From sequence record LC739534.1: a stretch of 64,000 nt of DNA. One strand, written 5' to 3'. Positions 51,571 to 61,381 of this stretch are shown one piece after another. The notes under the pieces are model-generated. The model ran no database searches. It saw nothing but the letters and a program-made list of their open reading frames with translations, and was not told the origin of the DNA. The stretch comes from Escherichia phage phiWec181. Numbering within the stretch: position 1 is the stretch's first letter; each line of letters opens with the position of its first letter. The translations under genes and the position numbers were made by a program.

Positions 51571-52254
51571 ATGGAAAATATTAAAATTGGGGTTGGCGTT
51601 ATCACTGTAGGTGTTCGTCCACTTAAAGATTACATGGTTGCACCTGGTGTAGACTTCAAAGTGTTTCACGATCCCGATCGTAAAGGTGTAGCTTATGCTC
51701 GCAACCAATTAATGAAACAGTTCTACGATGAAGGTTTTGACTACTGGTTCATTTTTGACGATGATTGCTATCCGGTTAAACGTGGCTGGGAAGAATACTT
51801 CGTTAACCAGGCTGTCGAGAATGGTTGGGACTTCTTCGGTATGCCAGAATACTTCAAAGATACTGTGATAGGTTGTTCTGGAGAAGTAGTCTTCTGGGAA
51901 TTGGCTATGTGTCAGTTTGCAATGTATTCTCGTGCAACTGTTGAGACGATGGGTTATTTCCGTCCTTATACACACGGATATGGTTTCGAAGATGCAGAAT
52001 GGACTAATCGTCTGAAAGCTTCAGGTTTGAATAAAGGACTCCAGGGCGTACCTTGTCCGATGCGCATTATGGCGTACATTCACCCCGACGATGTTTTCGG
52101 TGATAACCCTTTACCTTTTGCTAATCTGACAAAAGAAGAGAAAGAATCAGCAATCGGGATCAATTGGGAAGAATACAAACTGTCTTTGGAGGATATTAAT
52201 AATGGCAAAACACACATCTCTTTTGAAGAGGCTGAAGGATATGGCGTTAAATAA
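51571..52254 (+). CDS. GT-A (family 2-like) glycosyltransferase (227 aa)
   Basis: FIFDDDCYP DxD motif. Confidence 0.55.
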   Translation: MENIKIGVGVITVGVRPLKDYMVAPGVDFKVFHDPDRKGVAYARNQLMKQFYDEGFDYWFIFDDDCYPVKRGWEEYFVNQAVENGWDFFGMPEYFKDTVIGCSGEVVFWELAMCQFAMYSRATVETMGYFRPYTHGYGFEDAEWTNRLKASGLNKGLQGVPCPMRIMAYIHPDDVFGDNPLPFANLTKEEKESAIGINWEEYKLSLEDINNGKTHISFEEAEGYGVK

Positions 52255-53188
52255 GAAACCAACCCTACTGTGTGACAACAAATTCAACAGTGGTTGTGAT
52301 TACCATCGCATTGTCATGCCATTTTCTAACACAGAGATCAAGCCACGTACTGATGTACTGGTCTTTAACCGCATCTTCTCGAAGGGTGCTGATGAAGTAG
52401 CCAAACTTAAGCGCCAAGGTGTTAAGATTGTTGTAGATTTGGATGATTTCTATCAATTGAATCCAGAACACTACCTGGCGCATCTGTACGCGCCAAACAC
52501 CCGCACAATCGTGGAAATGGTTAAAATAGCAGATATTGTCATTGTCACAACCGAATACCTGGCGTACAAAGTTCGTCACTTAAACTCTAACGTTGTTGTG
52601 ATCCGAAATGCTCTACCGTTTGATGATGGTCAATTCACTCTCTCGAATGATCGTACTTCGGGTACGCCTATCATTTGGGCTGGAGGTGCGAGTCATGAAC
52701 CGGATTTACGTTTGCTTTCAAACACTTTTGATGATAGTTTATTGTCTATCGCAGGGTATGAAGCGAGCAGCACAGTGACAGGGCAAGAGTGGGTTAAGAT
52801 CCGCCGTAGTTTGCCTAATGCGCAGTATAAACCTGCTGTAGATTCTTTGAATCATTATATGTCTGCATACGATGGTCATGCTATGGCTGTAGCTCCGTTA
52901 GTAGATAACGACTTCAACCATTGCAAGAGCAACCTGAAAGTATTAGAAGCTGGTGCTAAAGGCATTCCAATCGTTTGTTCTAAGGTATTACCTTACTACA
53001 ACCCGATCGATGCCCGTGCAGTAACCTTCGCAGATAGCAAAGCAGAGTGGCACTATGAAGTTGTAAAACTACTTCGTAATCCAAACTACCGCGAAGATCG
53101 TGGACTGTTCTTGGCTGAACATGTTCGTACTCACTACAACTTGAAGGATGCAAACGAATTGCGTCGTCAAGTGATCGAAAGTCTGTAG
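52241..53188 (+). CDS. GT-B glycosyltransferase (315 aa), paralog of next gene
   Basis: C-terminal KSNLKVLEAGAKGIPIVCS resembles GT1/GT4 nucleotide-sugar-binding motif; shared CDYHR N-terminus. Confidence 0.6.
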   Translation: MALNKKPTLLCDNKFNSGCDYHRIVMPFSNTEIKPRTDVLVFNRIFSKGADEVAKLKRQGVKIVVDLDDFYQLNPEHYLAHLYAPNTRTIVEMVKIADIVIVTTEYLAYKVRHLNSNVVVIRNALPFDDGQFTLSNDRTSGTPIIWAGGASHEPDLRLLSNTFDDSLLSIAGYEASSTVTGQEWVKIRRSLPNAQYKPAVDSLNHYMSAYDGHAMAVAPLVDNDFNHCKSNLKVLEAGAKGIPIVCSKVLPYYNPIDARAVTFADSKAEWHYEVVKLLRNPNYREDRGLFLAEHVRTHYNLKDANELRRQVIESL

Positions 53189-53194
53189 GTGTTT

Positions 53195-54139
53195 ATGGGA
53201 CAAATTATTCTTGACAATCGTGGTGGAAAAGAATATAGTGTCTGTGATTATCACCGAGTAATGCTGCCTTACACAAGGCAGTTCTCGGCCCAACCGTCAC
53301 AGAACGTATATGTCTTTAACGGTGTCCCTACGAAAGGGAAACAAGGCTTCATAGCCCTTAAGAGCATGGGCTTTAAGATGGTAATGGATTTGGATGACTC
53401 TTTAAACATTCCCCAAGGCCATATGCTGGAAGACATTTTTGATGCAGGTATTCGAGAAGACTTGCAATGGTTCCTCGAACGCAGTGATCTTGTAACGACA
53501 ACAACCCCTGCTCTCCAGGTGGAATTGTCCCAGTACAATCCTAACGTGCATATTATCCCAAATGGTTTACCGTTTGACGAGGATCAGTTTACGTTAACTC
53601 GTGATCGCTACTCCAAGTCCCCTGTAGTTTGGGCTGGAAGTGAAACACACAAGCAAGACCTGGCTCTACTACCGAACTTCGGGAGTGACTTAACGATTTG
53701 CGGATTCCGCAGAGATAGTGAAGTGTTAAGTAGTCAGCAATGGACCGATATACGTGAAAAGGTGGCTCCAAGCTGCAAATATGAGGCTGTTAGACCATAT
53801 GAGAGCTATATGGAATCTTACGACGGTCATCAGATAATGCTTGCACCTCTAACAGATAACATGTTTAATAACGCTAAGAGTAACCTGAAGATTCTGGAAG
53901 CAGGTGCCAAGGGTTTACCTTTAGTGTGTTCTCCCCGTGAAAACTACTTCACCGAAGAGTTTAAAGATTTGTTGTTCTTTGCAGAAACAAAAAGCGAGTG
54001 GGAAGATATTGTTAATTACCTGATCCAGTGTCCTGATGTGGGTATTGAAAAGGGATTAGCTTTAGCTAAGTATGTTCGTAAGCATTACCATATTGATGTG
54101 CTGAATGAACGCCGTAGATTATTATTTGAGGAGTTATAA
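53195..54139 (+). CDS. GT-B glycosyltransferase (314 aa), paralog of previous gene
   Basis: KSNLKILEAGAKGLPLVCS; CDYHRVMLPY. Confidence 0.6.
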   Translation: MGQIILDNRGGKEYSVCDYHRVMLPYTRQFSAQPSQNVYVFNGVPTKGKQGFIALKSMGFKMVMDLDDSLNIPQGHMLEDIFDAGIREDLQWFLERSDLVTTTTPALQVELSQYNPNVHIIPNGLPFDEDQFTLTRDRYSKSPVVWAGSETHKQDLALLPNFGSDLTICGFRRDSEVLSSQQWTDIREKVAPSCKYEAVRPYESYMESYDGHQIMLAPLTDNMFNNAKSNLKILEAGAKGLPLVCSPRENYFTEEFKDLLFFAETKSEWEDIVNYLIQCPDVGIEKGLALAKYVRKHYHIDVLNERRRLLFEEL

Positions 54140-54417
54140 TGCTGAATACTTTTGATTTTGAATACACTACGAAAAGTGGTTTTAATGTTGTGGTGGAGGT
54201 TGACTATTACTACGAAGAGCCTGATCCACACTCACGGGAAAGTGATTGGGATTACCACGGCGGGTTACTGATCGACGGTATCCGTTTCTATGCGGGTCTG
54301 GAACAGATTAATGCGGAAGACATTAACGTCACCGTAACAGAAATCGCATACCAATTCAAAAAACATATGGAGGCATTAGAAGCCGAGTACATGATGGAAA
54401 CTAACGAATCATTTTAA
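54139..54417 (+). CDS. hypothetical acidic protein (92 aa)
   Basis: ATG overlapping previous stop. Confidence 0.5.
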   Translation: MLNTFDFEYTTKSGFNVVVEVDYYYEEPDPHSRESDWDYHGGLLIDGIRFYAGLEQINAEDINVTVTEIAYQFKKHMEALEAEYMMETNESF

Positions 54418-54426
54418 CAGGAGAGG

Positions 54427-55071
54427 ATGACCATGAGGTTAGTACAAGGTTGGGGGATTAATGATATAGGTAGTATCCCTAAAACAGGTTTTATCCGAGT
54501 AGCTTACAGGTGTTGGTCAAGAGTTTTAGAAAGATCTCACAGTAAAGCTTGGAAGAATAAGTATCCTACATACAAGGATGTAACATGTTGCGAAGACTGG
54601 AAATATTTTTCAGTATTCATGGACTGGATGGAGACACAACCTTGGGAAGGAAACGATTTGGATAAGGATTTGTTAGGAGATGGTAGCTTATACTCCCCTC
54701 AAACTTGTGTTTTTATACCTCCTGAAATAAATAAAGCTTTAGCTGCAAATAAAAAACAAGGAGAATTCTTATCTGGAGTCTGGTTTCAAACAAAGTCTAA
54801 AACTATGGTTAATAGTTTAAAACGTCCTTGGGCTGTTAAAGCCCATAGACAGGGTAGTAAAAAACCTGTATATTTAGGAAACTATTATTCAGAACAAGAA
54901 GCCCATAATGTGTGGTTGACTACACGCGCAGAGGATATGTTATGGTGGTGCGACCAATGGGAAAACAACGAGAAGTATAATAAATCTTGGAAACCTGTGT
55001 TTAAAGAAGCTTTTAATAAGAAAGCTGAAGCTTATAGAGGGAGGATAAAAAATGTCATACATTGTCACTAA
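54427..55071 (+). CDS. HNH/AP2-type homing endonuclease-like protein (214 aa)
   Basis: W..RC...Y..V..CEDWKxFSxFxxW...YSPxTC then AP2-like Y.SEQEAH..W; paralog of 59542-60138. Confidence 0.6.
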   Translation: MTMRLVQGWGINDIGSIPKTGFIRVAYRCWSRVLERSHSKAWKNKYPTYKDVTCCEDWKYFSVFMDWMETQPWEGNDLDKDLLGDGSLYSPQTCVFIPPEINKALAANKKQGEFLSGVWFQTKSKTMVNSLKRPWAVKAHRQGSKKPVYLGNYYSEQEAHNVWLTTRAEDMLWWCDQWENNEKYNKSWKPVFKEAFNKKAEAYRGRIKNVIHCH

Positions 55072-56833
55072 GTATGGTTTTGATGTAGATTTAAGCAAAG
55101 AGGGGCACACAGGGTGTCCCCGTTGTATGAAGAACGGAAAAGATAGATCGAAGAATAACTTGATGTGTTATGGGTTGGATTCTAACGATGAGCATAAAGG
55201 AGCAAAATGCTTCGCGTGTGAGTACACAATCCCCAGCGTTGAATGGTTACGAGAGAATGGTGAAGTTTTAGAAGAAGAGGAGGATATTGTGGGTTCGGAA
55301 TTTAATAAAGAGATTCATCGTAAGATTGTAGAAGAAACAGGCACTAACCCACGAGGCTACCGTGGGATCAAGGAAGAATATTCTAAATTCTACGGTGTAC
55401 GTTACCAGTACAAACAAGAAGAATCTGGTGTTGTTGTGGAACATACTTTGTATCCAACAACTATCGGTAAAGAACTGGTAGGTTTTAAGCGTCGTATCCA
55501 CCCTAAAGACTTCTCCAAGCCCATTGGTCAAGTAGGTAAAGATGTAGATTTGTTTGGACAAGTTCGTTTCCTTGAGCGTTCCCACACCGTAATCATTACT
55601 GGTGGTGAACATGATGCCTTGGCAGCATATCAAATGTTGGCAGAAGGTCTTGACAGGAAATATGAATTACCAGCAGTAGTTAGTGGCACAACTGGTGAAA
55701 CCAGTATGTACAAACAGGTACAGGCACAGTACCCTTTCTTTGAGAAGTTCAAGAAGATCATCGTCTGCATGGATAATGATAAGGCAGGTAAAGAAGCTTT
55801 TGAGAACATTGTGAAGGTGTTGCCTCGTAATAAAGTTTACCTGATGAAGATGGAACTGAAAGATGCTAATGAATACCTGGTGCAAGATAAAGCAAAAGAT
55901 TTTGTGAAAGCTTATTGGGGTGCAAAACTTTATACCCCAGCGGGTGTTTATGCTTCGAACGAACTTTATGAAGCTGCAATGGACTGTCTGGATGCACAAG
56001 TGATCACCCTCCCTCCGTTCATGCGTACTGCTGCGAACATGTTGGGTGGTGGTCTGGTAGAAGAAGAGATCACAGTTATTCTGGCTAAAACGAGTATCGG
56101 TAAGACGTTGATGGTCAATGAGATCACCAAACACATTATCGTGGCTCATCCAGAACATGTGCTGGGTATTCTGTCTCTGGAGGCAACGTATAAGAAATAC
56201 TCCCGTAACCTTCTTTCTTCGTTCCTGCATATTCCTTTGCATCGTAAGACTAAGGAAGAAAAGGCTGCGATCCTGGAAGAGAACAAGGAAGCTATCAATA
56301 ACTTCTACGTTCGTGAAGATGGTTCTCCTCGCTTCTTTGTTTGTGATGATCGTGGTGCAGACATTGATTCAATCAAGGAGAAAGTGCTGGAGATGATCAT
56401 CTACTTCGGCATTACCATCCTGGTAATTGACCCATACTCGGATCTGTTGTCGGGGATGAGTGTTCAGGAACAAGAAGAGTTGGCAACGTGGTTGAAGCGC
56501 ATCATGAAAGAATACGGCATCACGATCATTGTAATCTCGCACGTTAAGAAAGCTGCCAACAATGGTAACGAACACTTAACAGAAGATGATGCAATGGGTA
56601 GTAGCTTCTTGGCTAAAGGCGCAGGTATTACACTGGCACTGGAACGAGATAAGGCTAACGATGACCCCGTACTTAGAAACACAACTTTTTGTTATATTCT
56701 CAAAAACCGAGAGTTTTCAGAAACTGGTCCGGCTGGGGAGTTTTATTACGATATTAAAACTGCCACGCTACACGACAAAGCACAGTATTTTGCTAACCCT
56801 GATAATGCAGGTGGTGCAGAAGGCGCGTATTGA
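55052..56833 (+). CDS. DNA primase/helicase (593 aa)
   Basis: N-terminal zinc ribbon CPRC...CFAC; TOPRIM (GGEHD, DNDKAG); DnaB-like Walker A AKTSIGKT and Walker B LVIDPYSD. Confidence 0.85.
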   Translation: MSYIVTKYGFDVDLSKEGHTGCPRCMKNGKDRSKNNLMCYGLDSNDEHKGAKCFACEYTIPSVEWLRENGEVLEEEEDIVGSEFNKEIHRKIVEETGTNPRGYRGIKEEYSKFYGVRYQYKQEESGVVVEHTLYPTTIGKELVGFKRRIHPKDFSKPIGQVGKDVDLFGQVRFLERSHTVIITGGEHDALAAYQMLAEGLDRKYELPAVVSGTTGETSMYKQVQAQYPFFEKFKKIIVCMDNDKAGKEAFENIVKVLPRNKVYLMKMELKDANEYLVQDKAKDFVKAYWGAKLYTPAGVYASNELYEAAMDCLDAQVITLPPFMRTAANMLGGGLVEEEITVILAKTSIGKTLMVNEITKHIIVAHPEHVLGILSLEATYKKYSRNLLSSFLHIPLHRKTKEEKAAILEENKEAINNFYVREDGSPRFFVCDDRGADIDSIKEKVLEMIIYFGITILVIDPYSDLLSGMSVQEQEELATWLKRIMKEYGITIIVISHVKKAANNGNEHLTEDDAMGSSFLAKGAGITLALERDKANDDPVLRNTTFCYILKNREFSETGPAGEFYYDIKTATLHDKAQYFANPDNAGGAEGAY

Positions 56834-56838
56834 TTCAG

Positions 56839-56866
56839 AAGGGGCGCAAGCCCCTCTTGACTTTTG
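56839..56866 (+). terminator. candidate terminator/processing hairpin
   Basis: AGGGGC-GCAA-GCCCCT hairpin followed by CTTGACTTTTGATTG. Confidence 0.45.
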
Positions 56867-56916
56867 ATTGAGGAATGTGATACCCTTCAGGTTGAGTTAC
56901 ATAATATGGAGGACTA

Positions 56917-59514
56917 ATGAGTAAGTTTACATGGGATATTGAAGCAACCGCATTACTGAACAATGACACAATTGATTACCTGGCAAGCCCTTATCGATTG
57001 AAAGACACTTTTGGTATGCATTGTATTTGTCTGGAAAACCACGAAACAGGAGAGATCATTGCTTTTCACGATGGTCCTAAGTACATTTTCGATGGTCGTC
57101 CTTATGAAGAGTCTGACGGTAAGTACACTTATGTACTGAAGGAGTATGTGGCACAAGAATACACACACTTTCCTCTGTCAGATTTTCCAGATTTTGTCAA
57201 CCATACAGGCAAGTTCGCAGATAAGCCTGAATACCTCGTAGAAATGGCTGTAGCCCACAACGGCATCAACTATGACCACTTGGCAGTTAAGCTTTACTAC
57301 GGGCTGAATTACAGCGTTAAATACAATACTTGGGGTGATTCGAAAGTTAAGATTATTGATACCCTGATCCTTAGTAAAGTATTGAACCCTGATCGCAAGG
57401 TTGATGGTAAACCTGGGCACAACTTGAATGCTCTTTCTAAAAAAGCTGGCGGTGATGTTAAGATTGATTTCCGTAAAGAGCTTCCAGAAGGAGAACGATT
57501 CAAGACTTTCGCAGCAGATATGTTGTACTACTGTATCTACGACAACAAGGCAACTACAGCAGTATATTATTACCTCATGGAAGAATGGGGCGATTATAAG
57601 AAGTGGCAAGAGCCGTTCGACTTGGAGCAACGTATTGCGGATATCATCACCCGTCAAGAACACCGTGGCTTTAAGTTCAACATGCAACAAGCTGAACAGA
57701 ACCTGGAATTCTTGGACAAAGAAATGGAACGTCTACGTTTGTTGGTAGAGCCTATTCTTCCACCTAAGCCAGCGACTAAAGGTTATCTGAAAGATTTTAT
57801 TCCGCCGAAACTTCAAATCAAGAAGAACGGTGAGCCAACAAACCATATCATCAGGTTTGCGGAGAAACATGGCGGTAGCCTTGAAGAACGTGAAGGTGAT
57901 TGGTGGCTGCTTGTTTTAGATAAAGAGTTTAAGTTACCGATCTCAAGTGAAGAACCTATTTGTGAACCTACCATTCCGTCTACGCTGAATGATACGACAC
58001 ACATTAAAAACTGGCTTGTAGGTTTAGGTTGGGTTCCGTCTGAATATAAAGACAAGGATTTGACGCTTAAATCTGGTTCGAAGATCAAGAAAGATCCTGA
58101 CGACTTAGAGAAAGGTATTCTGTCTTATGTCAAACAGACCTTGGAAAGCAATTTCTGTAATGACCGTTGCGAACACTTACAAGCCGATGCTGAAACACTG
58201 GAGCTTAGAATCCGTGAACGTCTGGCTAAAGGGAAAGGTCGTGGTCTTAAAGTGCTGACCAACCCATGCTTCACGAAGGGGCAGGAGAAAGAGATTTGTC
58301 CTAATCTTGAAGCACTGGGCGAGAAGTTCCCGTATGCCACACAGATTGTGCAGTACCTGACGTACAAACATCGTCGAAACTCTATTTTGGGCGGTGGTGC
58401 AGATTGGGAAGACGATGAGGAAGATCAAGAATACGACAAAGGTTTCTTGGCAGCAGTTCGTGCCGATGGTCGTATAGCGACTCCAGCGGCTACATGTGAC
58501 GCTGCAACATCTCGTATGAAGCATCGCTCTGTTGCTAACGTTCCTCGCGTTACATCGTTGTTTGGGTACGAAATGCGTAACTTGTTTGGGGTAGAAACAC
58601 CGCGTTACTTCCAGATCGGTTATGACTTTGACTCCTTGGAAGCAAAGATTGAGTCGCATTATTGTTGGCGCTACGAACCGGAGCCTCATGAATACTGTAA
58701 CGCTCTCTTGTTGGAGAAGCCTAACGATGTTCATACCATGATGGCAAGACGTATCACAGAAACTATTGGACGTAAGTTTGAACGTAGTCCAGCTAAATCT
58801 GTTAAATACGGGATTACATATGGAGCACAGGCAGACAAAGTTGCTAAGACAATTGGTAGTGATAAGTACACAGGACAACTGGTATTTGATGCGTTCTGGG
58901 AAGCAGCTTTCCCGTTAGCACAACTGAAAGAGAAGTTGAATGCTTTCTGGGTTAACACTGGCAAGCAGTATGTTCTCGGTATTGATGGACGTAAAGTTCC
59001 AACACGATCTGCACATGCAATCTTAAACTCCTTGTTCCAAAGTGGCGGGGTTATCTGTGCCAAGCGTGCAATGGTAATCTATGACGATATGATTGAAGAG
59101 GAAGGTTTAGCTGTTGACTTCTTCGTAGATGACTGGAAGAATAAAGAGTTCGTTCAGCAAATGATTGCTTACCACGATGAAGCGCAGCTTGAAGTATCTC
59201 GTAACTTGGTGGAATTTAAATGGTTCTCCAAAGAGTCTTTAGGTTGGGTTAAAGTGGATGACGAGAAAGAGCAGAAGAAAATAGATGCGGAATGTCTTGC
59301 AAAAGCTAATGAATGGAAGCATAATAAAGAGAAAGAGACAGGGCAGATTTGGGCTAACGTTCACGAATCACCTAAAGGTGGTTGGTTTACCGCTTATAGT
59401 CGTGCCGGAGAACTTGCTTCTCTTGCTGTTATCAAAGCTGGGGAATATTACAAACTAAACGTTCAGCTTACCGCTGGATACGATGTTGGTAGTTCCTGGG
59501 CCAGTTGTCATTGA
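56917..59514 (+). CDS. family A DNA polymerase with 3'-5' exonuclease domain (865 aa)
   Basis: Exo motifs DIEATAL, NGINYDH, YYCIYD; polymerase motif A GYDFDSLE, motif B KSVKYGITYG, motif C YHDE. Confidence 0.9.
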   Translation: MSKFTWDIEATALLNNDTIDYLASPYRLKDTFGMHCICLENHETGEIIAFHDGPKYIFDGRPYEESDGKYTYVLKEYVAQEYTHFPLSDFPDFVNHTGKFADKPEYLVEMAVAHNGINYDHLAVKLYYGLNYSVKYNTWGDSKVKIIDTLILSKVLNPDRKVDGKPGHNLNALSKKAGGDVKIDFRKELPEGERFKTFAADMLYYCIYDNKATTAVYYYLMEEWGDYKKWQEPFDLEQRIADIITRQEHRGFKFNMQQAEQNLEFLDKEMERLRLLVEPILPPKPATKGYLKDFIPPKLQIKKNGEPTNHIIRFAEKHGGSLEEREGDWWLLVLDKEFKLPISSEEPICEPTIPSTLNDTTHIKNWLVGLGWVPSEYKDKDLTLKSGSKIKKDPDDLEKGILSYVKQTLESNFCNDRCEHLQADAETLELRIRERLAKGKGRGLKVLTNPCFTKGQEKEICPNLEALGEKFPYATQIVQYLTYKHRRNSILGGGADWEDDEEDQEYDKGFLAAVRADGRIATPAATCDAATSRMKHRSVANVPRVTSLFGYEMRNLFGVETPRYFQIGYDFDSLEAKIESHYCWRYEPEPHEYCNALLLEKPNDVHTMMARRITETIGRKFERSPAKSVKYGITYGAQADKVAKTIGSDKYTGQLVFDAFWEAAFPLAQLKEKLNAFWVNTGKQYVLGIDGRKVPTRSAHAILNSLFQSGGVICAKRAMVIYDDMIEEEGLAVDFFVDDWKNKEFVQQMIAYHDEAQLEVSRNLVEFKWFSKESLGWVKVDDEKEQKKIDAECLAKANEWKHNKEKETGQIWANVHESPKGGWFTAYSRAGELASLAVIKAGEYYKLNVQLTAGYDVGSSWASCH

Positions 59515-59541
59515 CATTTACTTGATTTTAAAGGAGTTTTT

Positions 59542-60138
59542 ATGCTTACTGTATATGGTGAAGGTATTAATGATCTGGAGGGTGAGAGCACTCTACCTGG
59601 TAGTAAGAAACTGACTCCTCATTATATGAAATGGATGGCTATGTTGGGGAGGTGTTACTCCCCTTGCCAACAAGAACGTGATCCTTGTTATCATGGGGTG
59701 CTGGTCTGTGAAGAATGGAAGCTGTTTTCCAACTTCTATGCTTGGTTAAAAACTTGGGAAGAGTGGGAGAAATTAGAATTAGACAAGGATATTATTGGAG
59801 GGGGAGTTTACTCCCCTAACACCTGCCTTTTAGTAACAGGAGATCTTAACAAGTTCTTAGCTTATAGAGTGAGTAAAAGATCTCATGGAACTATGGTAGG
59901 TTTACATTACGAAAAAGATCGTAAGAAGTATAAAGCCAATATTAAAACAGGCTCACGCATGGTAACACTTGGACGTTTTGATACTGAACTTGAGGCGCAT
60001 CTTTGTTGGTTGAAAGCTAAAGCAGAACAACTTACAAAGTTTTTTGAAACAGAAGACAAAAGAGTTGTTCCACATCTTAAAGCATTGTATAATGATATGC
60101 TTGAACATATTGAACAACGTAAGGAGTGGACACGATAG
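59542..60138 (+). CDS. HNH/AP2-type homing endonuclease-like protein (198 aa)
   Basis: Paralog of 54427-55071; AP2-like GRFDTELEAHLCW. Confidence 0.6.
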   Translation: MLTVYGEGINDLEGESTLPGSKKLTPHYMKWMAMLGRCYSPCQQERDPCYHGVLVCEEWKLFSNFYAWLKTWEEWEKLELDKDIIGGGVYSPNTCLLVTGDLNKFLAYRVSKRSHGTMVGLHYEKDRKKYKANIKTGSRMVTLGRFDTELEAHLCWLKAKAEQLTKFFETEDKRVVPHLKALYNDMLEHIEQRKEWTR

Positions 60139-60341
60139 GAGGGTATATGCGTTACGATTTAGATTACTTTGGTATGCCTTACCTACCCGATGAGTTCGCA
60201 GATGAGGCGGAAGATCGTGAGTGGGATGATGGGGATATCCGTTGTTGGTCTTGTGGTAAAGACATGTCTTACGAACAACACATGCACAACGATGGCTTCT
60301 GTCCGCACTGTCAGAATGAAATAGATTTAGAGGAGGACTAA
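60126..60341 (+). CDS. small zinc-ribbon protein (71 aa)
   Basis: CWSCGK...CPHCQNE. Confidence 0.5.
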   Translation: MDTIGGYMRYDLDYFGMPYLPDEFADEAEDREWDDGDIRCWSCGKDMSYEQHMHNDGFCPHCQNEIDLEED

Positions 60342-60343
60342 TA

Positions 60344-60511
60344 ATGACTTCCGGTATTATGATCTGTTATAAGATCGTTCGTATTGTTGGGGATGAAGTT
60401 ACTACTCGCCACTTTATGATTGAAAATCATGCTGATGAGGTGTATAATGATTGGCTGGAACAAGGCGGATACGACTTCGTATCTAAAGAAACTTTCCACT
60501 TAGAAGTATAA
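60344..60511 (+). CDS. hypothetical protein (55 aa)
   Basis: Below ORF-track cutoff; RBS GAGGAGGA. Confidence 0.4.
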   Translation: MTSGIMICYKIVRIVGDEVTTRHFMIENHADEVYNDWLEQGGYDFVSKETFHLEV

Positions 60512-60520
60512 GGAGAAGAA

Positions 60521-60739
60521 ATGCGTAAATTAGTGAGTTTTAATGTTTCAATTCTGATTGATGAACAAAATGAAGATGTTATTAAAGGTCTTGCAAATAA
60601 GATTGAAGGTGGAATGACGGAAGCAGAAGTATGGGAAGAATGTGCTCGACTTTATGAAGCAGGTGTTCTTGAAGTCTTGGAAGATGAGATTAATATGGAT
60701 GATGTTGTTAAAGTAACTGTGGAGCGTATCAATGACTAA
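60521..60739 (+). CDS. hypothetical acidic protein (72 aa)
   Basis: RBS AAGGAGAAG. Confidence 0.5.
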   Translation: MRKLVSFNVSILIDEQNEDVIKGLANKIEGGMTEAEVWEECARLYEAGVLEVLEDEINMDDVVKVTVERIND

Positions 60740-61337
60740 ATCAAGCCAGATTACCCTTGCCCGTGAGATCCTTACTGTTCTTAAGATTGCTGATCCTCGT
60801 TCAATCCTGGCAGGTGGCGCGGTCCGTGATTGGTACATGCTGGACATTGCAGGGCGAGATCTGGACTTCTATACATCATTCCAGCCACACCGAAACATAG
60901 ATCAGGTGATTACGTTTATCAAAGAGAATCTTAAAGGCACCAATGTAACCGTGTTAGGTCAGGAGGAAATGGGTGACAACTATGAGTCTATGATCGGACT
61001 GAAACATGTGTTTGAGTTTATCCGTGATGATCAGGTTTGCAATCTCATGATCATGGAACCATGCTACATGAGCAACATCCTGAAAAACTTTGATCTTTCT
61101 GTTTGCAAAGCTTCGTTTGATGGTGTAGAATATTACTTCGATCCTGACTTCCTGGTAACAGATGCAACAAATATTTGCTTCGTGCATAAGGATGTTAAAG
61201 TGGATGCGAAACACGTCCGTAAGATCGCGGATCGCTTCCCGCACATGCGTTTTGTACGTGACTTGGATGTGCAGCGTCGCACGCAAGATAAGGCTCTACC
61301 AAAGTTCGAAGATACTGATGAAGATATTCCTTGGTAA
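60732..61337 (+). CDS. Pol-beta-type nucleotidyltransferase, CCA-adding-enzyme head-like (201 aa)
   Basis: ILAGGAVRDWYMLDIAGRDLDF matches GGxVRD...DxD signature. Confidence 0.55.
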   Translation: MTKSSQITLAREILTVLKIADPRSILAGGAVRDWYMLDIAGRDLDFYTSFQPHRNIDQVITFIKENLKGTNVTVLGQEEMGDNYESMIGLKHVFEFIRDDQVCNLMIMEPCYMSNILKNFDLSVCKASFDGVEYYFDPDFLVTDATNICFVHKDVKVDAKHVRKIADRFPHMRFVRDLDVQRRTQDKALPKFEDTDEDIPW

Positions 61338-61381
61338 TAAAGCTTGACTTTCACTAATCTTTTATGATAGGATGACAATCA

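Noticed and set aside
55268-56682. Minus-strand ORFs inside the primase-helicase gene
   Set aside because: Antisense shadows of a verified gene.
57178-59063. Minus-strand ORFs inside the DNA polymerase gene (including a 233 aa frame)
   Set aside because: Embedded antisense in a motif-verified family A polymerase; Cys/Phe-rich low-complexity translations.
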